Positions 26,823-34,521 of a DNA stretch of 64,000 nucleotides are shown piece after piece. The DNA lies in the IMG/VR virus record IMGVR_UViG_3300032257_000006, positions 1 to 64,000 of that record. One strand, given 5' to 3'. Source of the stretch: a virus. Its lineage: Duplodnaviria > Caudoviricetes. The position numbers and the translations under genes are program-made. The notes under the pieces are model-generated. The model saw only the letters and a program-made list of their open reading frames with translations, was not told the DNA's origin and did no database searches. Position 1 is the first letter of the stretch, and every line of letters starts with the position of its first letter.

Positions 26823-27485
26823 CAGTGTAATAAGTGAATCTGTTTTAAATGTAAACAAACAGATTTAGTTATCACACTGAAAGTAAGTACTAGCTGCCAG
26901 TGTACCTAACATCATTTGTAATGCGCTGAGCTTAGCTCCTTTGCGTTGTTACAAGTGTTAGCCAGTGACTGACCCTTACTTTCAATGTAGTCACTCCTCA
27001 GACCTTTTCGGTCTAACCATAAATTACCTGCGTTGCATTATCATGTCTTACGTGCTGCACATTAAGCCAATGGGTTCCAAGTCAGTTAGTTTGCTCAGGT
27101 GTTAGTCCTATCTAGAGCCGTTGTATTATTTGAACAGCTCTCGGACATGTCCGAAAAAACTCTAACCAGTTACCGCTTATATACTCAGGGTCTTACAGTT
27201 GGTTACGAATCGCGGGTAGCAATTCATATATAGTAACCAATCAAGCCAGCACTGCTTGCAACGATCACACTCTGTGATCCGTACAGTTCTCTACAGTAAT
27301 TTGTCGAGTGAGGTCTCGGCTTGTCAGGCCGAGCACCATTTAATCTAGTTGTTAATTAGCACGTCTCTAGGACTTGCACCGGCTTGGGGCCGCTGCCGCG
27401 TTTACTCATCACCTGTACAATCTGTGATGCCTTTAGTAAGGGTCAGTTAACATATACGTTAACAACCTGGCCCTTAGTGAAAGCT
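26823..27485 (-). ncRNA. Large hairpin-dense non-coding region, candidate structured ncRNA(s)
   Basis: No ORF of 60 aa or more; at least 8 hairpins, several with minus-strand G-U pairs; 13-bp perfect long-range complement 26968-26980 / 27435-27447. Confidence 0.5.
27140..27155. repeat. Palindrome copy 12
   Basis: CTCGGACATGTCCGAA. Confidence 0.9.
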
Positions 27486-27545
27486 TCACTCAAATACAAT
27501 GCTGATGACCATCAAGGCCAGTTCAACCCAAATTAGCTCTAACAT
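27486..27545 (-). CDS. 19-aa hydrophobic peptide
   Basis: MLELIWVELALMVISIVFE behind GGAG, after palindrome copy 13. Confidence 0.45.
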   Translation of the reverse strand: MLELIWVELALMVISIVFE

Positions 27546-27576
27546 GTCGTTCTCCATAAATGCTTCTAAAATATCT

Positions 27577-27592
27577 CTCGGACAAGTCCGAA
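27577..27592. repeat. Palindrome copy 13
   Basis: CTCGGACAAGTCCGAA. Confidence 0.9.
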
Positions 27593-27642
27593 AGTTGCGT
27601 TATATCAATTAGCTATTACTAATTGAGGTAGATCAAAAAATA

Positions 27643-27831
27643 TTACAGCCTTATTAGTCCCATCAATAACAGTGTCATAATTACCGCTATGGACAGTACT
27701 AATAATAGTCGCTCTCCTAAGTATCTGAGTGAGCCACCTAAAGTACCATATTTAATACCTTCAACTATCCACTCAACTATTTTATAAATTGCAACAACTG
27801 CCAGTATAAATCCTAGTCCAGTCAAAAACAT
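27643..27831 (-). CDS. Small two-TM membrane protein
   Basis: 62 aa, two hydrophobic helices. Confidence 0.6.
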   Translation of the reverse strand: MFLTGLGFILAVVAIYKIVEWIVEGIKYGTLGGSLRYLGERLLLVLSIAVIMTLLLMGLIRL

Positions 27832-27838
27832 ATAATTC

Positions 27839-27928
27839 CTACCCTATCCACCAAACCACTGCGCTTGATACAACCAGTACTACTGTAAGCGCCACTATCA
27901 GCCTTGCTATTATCTGATCTTTATTCAT
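27839..27928 (-). CDS. 29-aa single-TM peptide
   Basis: MNKDQIIARLIVALTVVLVVSSAVVWWIG behind AAGGAGG. Confidence 0.6.
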   Translation of the reverse strand: MNKDQIIARLIVALTVVLVVSSAVVWWIG

Positions 27929-27940
27929 GACGCGGCCTCC

Positions 27941-28096
27941 TTAAGGTCTAAAGTAAGCCATTACACAAAGTACAGCTACTGCACCTAATATAATGGTCAT
28001 GTCTATTCTAAATGCCCTACGTATGCGCTGATCTTCTAGCTGTGCATCGTAGTAGCGGTAGTCTTTCTTAATCATCTGGCCGTTACGGTTAGTCAT
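27941..28096 (-). CDS. 51-aa C-terminal-TM protein, first gene after promoter P-left1
   Basis: MTNRNGQMIKKDYRYYDAQLEDQRIRRAFRIDMTIILGAVAVLCVMAYFRP behind GAGG. Confidence 0.6.
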   Translation of the reverse strand: MTNRNGQMIKKDYRYYDAQLEDQRIRRAFRIDMTIILGAVAVLCVMAYFRP

Positions 28097-28118
28097 CTCA
28101 TTTACCTCTGTCTTTAGT

Positions 28119-28134
28119 TTAGGACAAGTCCGAA
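28119..28134. repeat. Palindrome copy 14
   Basis: TTAGGACAAGTCCGAA. Confidence 0.9.
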
Positions 28135-28175
28135 AGTTTTACTGCTTCGGACGCTTTCCTCCATTTCTAGGTACC

Positions 28176-28204
28176 ATTATACACCTATTATTAGGATATG
28201 TCAA
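28176..28204 (-). promoter_or_regulatory. Consensus sigma70 promoter (P-left1) driving the early arm
   Basis: TTGACA-N17-TATAAT, a perfect match. Confidence 0.9.
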
Positions 28205-28211
28205 TACCTCA

Positions 28212-28660
28212 GTATTAGAGTATTGGAGTATTAAGGTTTGAATGTGTTTGTACAGTTTTTGTGTTTTTGAGTGGTTTGTATAGTCAGGTCGTCACCTTAA
28301 AATATTAGCGTATTAGAGTATTTAGGCTTATTTTATTTGATATGCATGAGGTGTGCCAGAATTCTGTTTACACGTTTCCGTTCATCTCTTTTATTGATGG
28401 TGATGACTAACGGTAACGTGTCCTCTTTTTGGTTTAATATGTCCGCGATAATATTAGAGTATCTATGTATGCCCTGTTTTTTAGGTGGCGGTGGTATTTT
28501 AGGTTTTGTGTGGCGTCCTTATAGTATCGGTGATTGTGTGAGGTGTACCTGTGTGGCGGTTTCAACGCGGCCCCCGTATTTTTGAGGGTTCGTTTTCCTC
28601 CTTTACATTAAAAAACGTTTTTCAAAAAACACCTAGTCTCAGACAAATAATATTAGAGTA
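28212..28660 (+). repeat. TATTRGMGTA direct repeats (iteron-like)
   Basis: Copies at 28213, 28221, 28303, 28311, 28452, 28651; an inverted copy at 30216-30225. Confidence 0.65.
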
Positions 28661-29219
28661 ACCCTATATTACACAGTAATTTTTTAAAGAAGCCGAAAAA
28701 GAAGACCCTATGTCGCTAAAAAGTTGTTTGTCAGAACGCGGGGGCTTGTTCCGAAATTTAGCTGATTTGGAAGTCTACCCCCCTTCACCTAGGGCGAGCT
28801 AAATGCCCAATGTAGGATACACCCTTACTTATATATAATAATAAAAAAAATAATTTAATATTATATATATAGACATGCTGCGCATGCTGTGAGAACTGTA
28901 GATAGCCCTGAAAGCCCGCCACAGCAGCCTCTCAGCCCTCTGGGGCCGCGTCCTTACTTACAACCCATTGTGCTAACTGTTTGATTTACTTAGATATTTA
29001 AAATGGCGAGATCTGCCAGACTGGGGCCGCGGCCCTAATTTTATTCACGGCCAGGTTTTGCTCAGGGATTTTAATCTTACGGTTACACTGGGGCGGCGAT
29101 GTGGAAGTGAACGCGGCCCTAATAAAAGTTAAAAAGGATTTTTCCTTAGGGGATTTCCAATTAACCATTATTAAAAAATATATATAGGGCGGCGGCGAAA
29201 ATCACAAAATCCAGACGTC

Positions 29220-29253
29220 AAAAAGCCCGCTTTAAAAAGCAGGCTTTATTTTC
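29220..29253. terminator. Bidirectional terminator-like hairpin
   Basis: AAAAGCCCGCT...AGCAGGCTTT flanked by A and T runs. Confidence 0.55.
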
Positions 29254-29261
29254 GTTTTATT

Positions 29262-29277
29262 TTCGGATAAGTCCGAA
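29262..29277. repeat. Palindrome copy 15
   Basis: TTCGGATAAGTCCGAA. Confidence 0.85.
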
Positions 29278-29467
29278 AGTTTAGACTTCTGAAAATTCCT
29301 TCAATTGTACAGGGGCGGGCAAATTCTGATTAGCCATACTGGCAACAAGGGCGGCGAGTGCCTCGTGTTTTCCAGCGCCGCTAGAATAAAAAACTTGTGT
29401 ATGCTTTGAGAATTTAAAAACGATTTTAAATAACTTCATATCTTGCACCTTGAATTAGTCAGTAGAT

Positions 29468-29488
29468 AGGGGCGGCATTGCCGCCCCT
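29468..29488. other. 10-bp perfect inverted repeat just after the solo gene
   Basis: AGGGGCGGCA-T-TGCCGCCCCT; no U-tract. Confidence 0.6.
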
Positions 29489-29496
29489 GTTGTGGT

Positions 29497-30129
29497 TTAC
29501 GCCGCTTTTGTGCGTTGCTTAGCTACCGCATCAACCGCACTAGCTAAAACCGCTTGTAAGCTCTTAAGCTCAGCCATTGCACCTACTGTTTCAAGGTCTG
29601 CTATTAAGGCACTGATTTTGTCGAATGTTTGAGCCGTATCCATTAGGCCTGATTCAGAAGCCGCCGCCGGTGCCGTTTCATCAGCCGGAGCCGCCGCCGG
29701 TGCCATTGCGCCGAACTCAAGTAAACCGTCTTTTAGGGTCGCTTTGATATCCACAAGAGCATAGGCTCTAACAACGGCTTTGCGTGCCGCGTCCCAGTTT
29801 TTACATTCTGCTTTGCTTTTCTCGCTGTTGTACTGAGTAGAGATAGCCGCTTTTAGTTCTTTGCCTGTAAGCTTGCCCGCTTTTGTTAACGCCGTAGTGA
29901 TTTTATTTTTTAACGCCTTATTCGTTTTGTCATTAGTTACGCGGTGCGCCTCTTTTTCATTATAAAACTCTGTGATTATGCCTTGCACGCTTTGAACGTC
30001 GTCGGCCTGAATAAATGCATTTAGACCAGTCGCTATCTTTACGCCGTTCTTAACACTTGAGCGGATAGCCGTAACGATTGCTTTTTGTTCAGTTGATAGA
30101 GTAGCGATAGTTGTATTTTGAGTAGTCAT
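29497..30129 (-). CDS. Solo Ala/Lys-rich helical protein with its own promoter
   Basis: Start moved to ATG 30129 (MTTQNTT); 210 aa; AT/GCT/AAA codon style differs from the other genes. Confidence 0.75.
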   Translation of the reverse strand: MTTQNTTIATLSTEQKAIVTAIRSSVKNGVKIATGLNAFIQADDVQSVQGIITEFYNEKEAHRVTNDKTNKALKNKITTALTKAGKLTGKELKAAISTQYNSEKSKAECKNWDAARKAVVRAYALVDIKATLKDGLLEFGAMAPAAAPADETAPAAASESGLMDTAQTFDKISALIADLETVGAMAELKSLQAVLASAVDAVAKQRTKAA

Positions 30130-30187
30130 GATATATAAGCCTTTTATAATATGGGGGTAGCAGATTTGCGCCTCTTCCATGTGTCTA

Positions 30188-30215
30188 ATAATACGCCTAT
30201 TAATTAATAATGCAA
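30188..30215 (-). promoter_or_regulatory. sigma70-like promoter (P-left2)
   Basis: TTGCAT-N16-TATTAT; flanks (GTATTG...TAATAGG.GTAT) resemble P-left1. Confidence 0.6.
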
Positions 30216-30275
30216 TACTCCAATAGTAAAATAATTAAATATTTTTAAATTAGTTTAACTTTATTTATTCTGACT

Positions 30276-30291
30276 TTCGGATAAGTCCGAA
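30276..30291. repeat. Palindrome copy 16
   Basis: TTCGGATAAGTCCGAA. Confidence 0.85.
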
Positions 30292-30511
30292 AGAATAAAC
30301 GGGAGCGGGGACGGGGACGGCGGACGCGGTGCGGACGTGGTGCGGTGTGCTGGTGTGGGCAGGAAGTATGCCAAGTTTTATATATACGATAAAAGGTAGA
30401 AGAAAATAAAAAGGCGTGCCCCGTACTACCTTTTTTAAGCGCGACAGCCTGGAAAATCCTTATATAGTGCTTGTGTGAAAAATTTTTAAAATTTGAGAAT
30501 TTAGGCCCGCG

Positions 30512-30540
30512 TTGACAAACAAACCCCACAAGACTAAATT
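30512..30540 (+). promoter_or_regulatory. sigma70-like promoter for the rightward arm
   Basis: TTGACA-N17-TAAATT, about 100 bp before the first plus-strand gene. Confidence 0.65.
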
Positions 30541-30645
30541 ACCACCTACCAGTTTTGGATTTCTCTTAACTACTAGGCCGGCGGTTACCTACGGACAGCC
30601 GACCTGAGAGAGATCCACTTTTAATTAAGCCAAAAGGCCTTAGCA

Positions 30646-31080
30646 ATGCTTAAAGATTACGTACTCGCAGTTCTTATGTTGCCGTCTGATACCCCCATTA
30701 TTTTGGTACCGGTACTGGGCCTGATAATCTTATTTATCTACTTCGCAGCTGCAATAGAGATCAGAAAAGCCGCGGTTAAACGCTTCGGTAAAAACAGCCT
30801 GATCACCAAAGCCATTGTGTATACCGTCGGAGGCCGCTTTCTCTGGCAAGATGTAGTCGCAAACTACGTATGCTTTGCACCTCTCGTATTGAGCTGGCCG
30901 AACCGCCACAAAGAAGGTCGGACGATAACCAGCCACATAAACAACATACTCGAAAGAAACATACTGGATATCCAGAGAGGCACATTGTCAGGGTTCAATA
31001 AATGGCGGGTGACTTTCTGCCTGTTCTTAGGCAAGCAACTAAACAAAGTAGACCCAGACCACATAAGCGTACTGAGTTAA
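30646..31080 (+). CDS. Hypothetical membrane protein
   Basis: 144 aa with a hydrophobic N-terminus; first gene of the rightward arm. Confidence 0.7.
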   Translation: MLKDYVLAVLMLPSDTPIILVPVLGLIILFIYFAAAIEIRKAAVKRFGKNSLITKAIVYTVGGRFLWQDVVANYVCFAPLVLSWPNRHKEGRTITSHINNILERNILDIQRGTLSGFNKWRVTFCLFLGKQLNKVDPDHISVLS

Positions 31081-31090
31081 GATCAAAAAT

Positions 31091-31657
31091 ATGGCACTAG
31101 CAAAAAAGAAAACACCACTGGAAGAAGTTGCGGAGGTTATCCCGACTACACCAGAACCCTCATCGTCTATGCATGCGTTCGAGGAAGAGCTGAATGAATC
31201 TAAGGCAGACGATTTCGCCCCATTCTCCGTGTCGGCCCTAGGGCTCGCATTTAACACGGTTGTCGATGCCATTAAGCGTGACGCCATCCCTAATTACGAA
31301 CTTGTAAAGATCCTTGATGTATTACCGGTACAGGAAAGCACACAGGAATTCGATGCAGAGTTTGACCTGGCGGAAGAGATCTCCGGCCAGCTACGTACAC
31401 TGAAAACAATCAAGAACAGCATCTTCTCAACCGATGGCCGGATCAAAGAAGGAAGCTCTGTAAAAGAGGCTAAGGACTTTATGGCCTCTAGCTCTCAACT
31501 GTTGCAGATGTTACAGAAAGCGAAGGCTGAGCTAATCAACATTGACCGCATGCAAGCCATTGAAGAAGCAACTATCGAAACGCTACGAGATCTGGACGAG
31601 AACATAATAGAAGAGTTTGGTAGAATCCTGAAAGAGAAACTGGACAGGATACGGTAA
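31091..31657 (+). CDS. Putative terminase small subunit
   Basis: 188-aa helical acidic protein upstream of the large terminase; positional inference. Confidence 0.45.
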   Translation: MALAKKKTPLEEVAEVIPTTPEPSSSMHAFEEELNESKADDFAPFSVSALGLAFNTVVDAIKRDAIPNYELVKILDVLPVQESTQEFDAEFDLAEEISGQLRTLKTIKNSIFSTDGRIKEGSSVKEAKDFMASSSQLLQMLQKAKAELINIDRMQAIEEATIETLRDLDENIIEEFGRILKEKLDRIR

Positions 31658-31911
31658 TGTTTGCCAAATTGTATGACACCAAAGCTGGTCAAGTACTGGT
31701 TAAATCTGATATGAACGATGAAGGCGGCCCAGAAGTGAGGTTCTATTTCCAGCCGCCTGACCTAGGGATTTGTTCGGTTGCCTATACATTCGAAGACACT
31801 AAAGAGGGCTGGGATAAGCGAGATAAATTTTTATTTGATGTAAACCCATTGCAAGCAGAGGCCATTGCGGCTGATAAGATAAATGAAGTAATGAATATTG
31901 TAGGCGACTAG
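31657..31911 (+). CDS. Hypothetical protein
   Basis: 84 aa, TAATG overlap. Confidence 0.7.
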   Translation: MFAKLYDTKAGQVLVKSDMNDEGGPEVRFYFQPPDLGICSVAYTFEDTKEGWDKRDKFLFDVNPLQAEAIAADKINEVMNIVGD

Positions 31912-31973
31912 TGGTATATAAGCTAGGTTTATGATTTACTGCCAGCCATAAGAAAAGACTTGGAACGCAGTAG

Positions 31974-32603
31974 ATGGATTCAAAGACTTGTAGTAATTGC
32001 AATATTACCAAGCCACTGAAACAATACGACAGACGAGCCGCCAGCTCCGATGGCCTCATGACTAGATGCAAGTCATGCGTAAGCGGATACAAAGTAGAAT
32101 ACCGGAAGACAAAACGCGGGCTAGCGATTGCGACCTACGGTAGGCAGAGGAAGAAATCGAAAGATCGAGGACATTCGCCGCCAGGTTATACCAAGGAAGA
32201 GTTCATGGATTGGATGCACAATCATCCAAAATTTGAACAGCTGTACAATGACTGGGCCGGCGACGGGTTTTCCAAAGACTTAGTGCCGTCAGTAGACCGG
32301 ATCGATGATGAAGATCATTATCATTTCGATAATATTCAGTTGATGACATGGAGAGAAAATAACGCGAAGGCCAATGCTAGTAGATTGGCTGGCAGGATAA
32401 CCAAACAAACAAGAGCGGTCATAAAAATGACGCCCGAGTTGGAGCCGATTGAGATATATCCATCCGTGAGTCTAGCGGCCAGAGAGAATGGCGTTACGCG
32501 AGCAGGGGTTATCAGAGGTTGCAGGGCAAAGCTCAATAAACACGACGAACCAGCGCAATATGCGGGGTTTGTCTGGAGATACGTAGATGATTCCACAGGC
32601 TGA
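31974..32603 (+). CDS. HNH homing-type endonuclease with a NUMOD1-like C-terminus
   Basis: CSNC...CKSC, PSVDRIDDEDHYHFDNIQLMTWREN, IYPSVSLAARENG. Confidence 0.8.
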   Translation: MDSKTCSNCNITKPLKQYDRRAASSDGLMTRCKSCVSGYKVEYRKTKRGLAIATYGRQRKKSKDRGHSPPGYTKEEFMDWMHNHPKFEQLYNDWAGDGFSKDLVPSVDRIDDEDHYHFDNIQLMTWRENNAKANASRLAGRITKQTRAVIKMTPELEPIEIYPSVSLAARENGVTRAGVIRGCRAKLNKHDEPAQYAGFVWRYVDDSTG

Positions 32604-34314
32604 GTCGTTCTTTGACCGCATAACCAACGCACTGGACAAGTCTAATTCACTGAGAGGACTGTCAGATTGGATCTGCAAGCACACTCGGCTAGAAGGTAAG
32701 AACTTTTCGTTCAAGCACCATGAGTACCAGCCGGACATCATAGATGACCCACATTCACGTAAAAACATCAAAAAGTGTTCACAAGTAGGCCTATCTGAAC
32801 TTTCAGTGCGCCTTACGTTAGGTTTTCTGGGCGTTTCACGCAGTAAACGTGCGATATACACGCTGCCCACGTCACGTTTTGCAAGTAAATTTTCTAAGGA
32901 TCGCTTCGATCCGGTGATTGAGGAGTCAGATTTTCTCTCATCATTGCGTGTACGTTCGGCTGATTCAGCTGAAATGAAGCGTCTCGGGTCGTGTACTTTG
33001 TACATGAACGGTACGTATGGCCAAGGATCTGCGATCTCTGTCCCAGCGCACATGCTTGTTCACGATGAGATAGATTTTTCAGACGCTGCAGTCATCGCAA
33101 CCTATCAATCGCGTCTACGACACGCAGAGGAAGATGAATATGGCTTCAAAGGCATCACGTATAGATTTTCAACGCCTACGGTTAAGGGATTTGGAATATC
33201 AGCGGCGTTTGAGCGCTCAACTAAAAAGTATTACCTTGTCAAATGCTCCGCCTGTTCCGACTGGTCTGCGCCTGATTTTTTCCGCGATGTTGTCTTGCCT
33301 GGTTATGATGGTGACCTGTCAACTTTTTCTAACGTCGACGCCAACAATCCAAATTACAAACTCGATAAAGCCTACCTATCGTGTCCGAAGTGTGGACACG
33401 ATCTCAGCCAAGACTTACTAGATCCTGCCCGCCGTGAATGGGTGGCAATGAACCCGAGTGCACGCGAAGGTGGCTGGCAGGTCAACCCGTTTGACGTACC
33501 GGTTTACAACAGCATACCTAGCCTACTGTTACAGGCGGGCGATTATAAACGCATAGGAGACTGGTGGAATTTTACCTTAGGACAAGAGTATGAAGACGCT
33601 GACAATACTTTTCTCTCGGATCCGTTTGAAAAAGGCCGCGTGTCTACGTGGACTATCCCAGAAGTAGGCGCTAATGGTACATTTGCTGGACTGGACGTAG
33701 GTAAAGTATCTCACCTCATAATCGGTAAAGAGATGAACGGTAAGCCCGAGATCATCTACGCTGAGAAGATTAAGATGACCAGTGATAAAGCTTTGGCTGA
33801 GTCAGTAAAGGAACGCATGGACCAATATGGTGTAGGTCTCCTGGTCATTGACGCTATGCCCGACTTCACCACGGCATTGACACTGATTGGCATGAGCCGG
33901 CCCAAGCAGGTATTTGCTAACTATTACCAACAGACGGCGCCTAAGAATAAGCTCACGAACTTTGTGATCAAGGAAGAAGAGTCGGTTATCTCTTCATACA
34001 AGACCGGTGTGTTTGATGAGTTCTGTAAGATGCACAACAGCTATCAGATAGCGTGGCCGAAGCATCCTGAGATTGAAGAAGTTGGCCGGCATATGAAAAA
34101 TTTGAAGAAAATTATGAATAGCCAGGCATCTAATTTGGAAGAAGCGCAGGGTATATGGATAGCCACAGGTGAAGATCACTATGGTCACGCCGCAAACTAC
34201 GCTATGATTGCGTATGAATTGATGGATCAAATTATTGGTGGTGGCGGTTTCTCTATGCCACCCATGGTGTCGTCTATCAAAATGCGTGACAAGCCTAAAG
34301 AAATTAAACATTAA
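32587..34314 (+). CDS. terL: Terminase large subunit, lambda GpA-like
   Basis: IKKCSQVGLSE (Walker A variant), VHDEID (Walker B), FSTPT (coupling motif), CSAC..CPKC Zn motif, GLDVG nuclease, DHYGHA. Confidence 0.9.
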   Translation: MIPQAESFFDRITNALDKSNSLRGLSDWICKHTRLEGKNFSFKHHEYQPDIIDDPHSRKNIKKCSQVGLSELSVRLTLGFLGVSRSKRAIYTLPTSRFASKFSKDRFDPVIEESDFLSSLRVRSADSAEMKRLGSCTLYMNGTYGQGSAISVPAHMLVHDEIDFSDAAVIATYQSRLRHAEEDEYGFKGITYRFSTPTVKGFGISAAFERSTKKYYLVKCSACSDWSAPDFFRDVVLPGYDGDLSTFSNVDANNPNYKLDKAYLSCPKCGHDLSQDLLDPARREWVAMNPSAREGGWQVNPFDVPVYNSIPSLLLQAGDYKRIGDWWNFTLGQEYEDADNTFLSDPFEKGRVSTWTIPEVGANGTFAGLDVGKVSHLIIGKEMNGKPEIIYAEKIKMTSDKALAESVKERMDQYGVGLLVIDAMPDFTTALTLIGMSRPKQVFANYYQQTAPKNKLTNFVIKEEESVISSYKTGVFDEFCKMHNSYQIAWPKHPEIEEVGRHMKNLKKIMNSQASNLEEAQGIWIATGEDHYGHAANYAMIAYELMDQIIGGGGFSMPPMVSSIKMRDKPKEIKH

Positions 34315-34331
34315 CTAAGTGGAGCTATCAA

Positions 34332-34517
34332 ATGCAGCTAAAACCCAGCGTAAATGTAGACCCAAGTAAAGTTAAAAAATCAGGTGACACCATGACCGGC
34401 AGTTTGTCAGGGATAGCTCCAACTCAAGATGCGCACCTAGTTAGGAAAGACTATACCGATTCCCTAGCCGCAGCTACTGTAGAAGTAGCTAAGCGGTACT
34501 CATTAGCCTTAGGGTAG
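34332..34517 (+). CDS. Small virion-associated protein with a KKSGDTMTG fibre-type repeat
   Basis: KxGDTMTG is a motif typical of phage fibre repeats. Confidence 0.55.
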   Translation: MQLKPSVNVDPSKVKKSGDTMTGSLSGIAPTQDAHLVRKDYTDSLAAATVEVAKRYSLALG

Positions 34518-34521
34518 TACT

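Larger units (their letters stand above)
28566..29489. repeat. GC-rich GGGSCSGCG 9-mers dispersed in AT-rich DNA
   Basis: GGGGCCGCG at 28942 and 29023, reverse copies at 28566 and 29112; GGGCGGCG(A) at 29091, 29187, 29349; GGGGCGGCA at 29469. Confidence 0.6.

Noticed and set aside
26960-27490. Possible hammerhead, twister, pistol or group I/II intron cores (GTGATGAG, GGTGCAAGTCC, TAAGGGCCAGG, GAGCCG)
   Set aside because: Manual fitting failed: required partner strands and conserved core nucleotides are missing. A covariance-model search is still needed to exclude them fully.
14406-30291. Palindrome series read as a CRISPR array or integron attC array
   Set aside because: Units are 16 bp, spaced 0.4-3 kb apart with whole genes between them; no cas or integrase gene in the window and no attC R/L box pattern.
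30245-30529. 94-aa minus-strand ORF in the divergence region
   Set aside because: Overlaps a promoter, a palindrome and the G-rich tract; low-complexity translation and no RBS.
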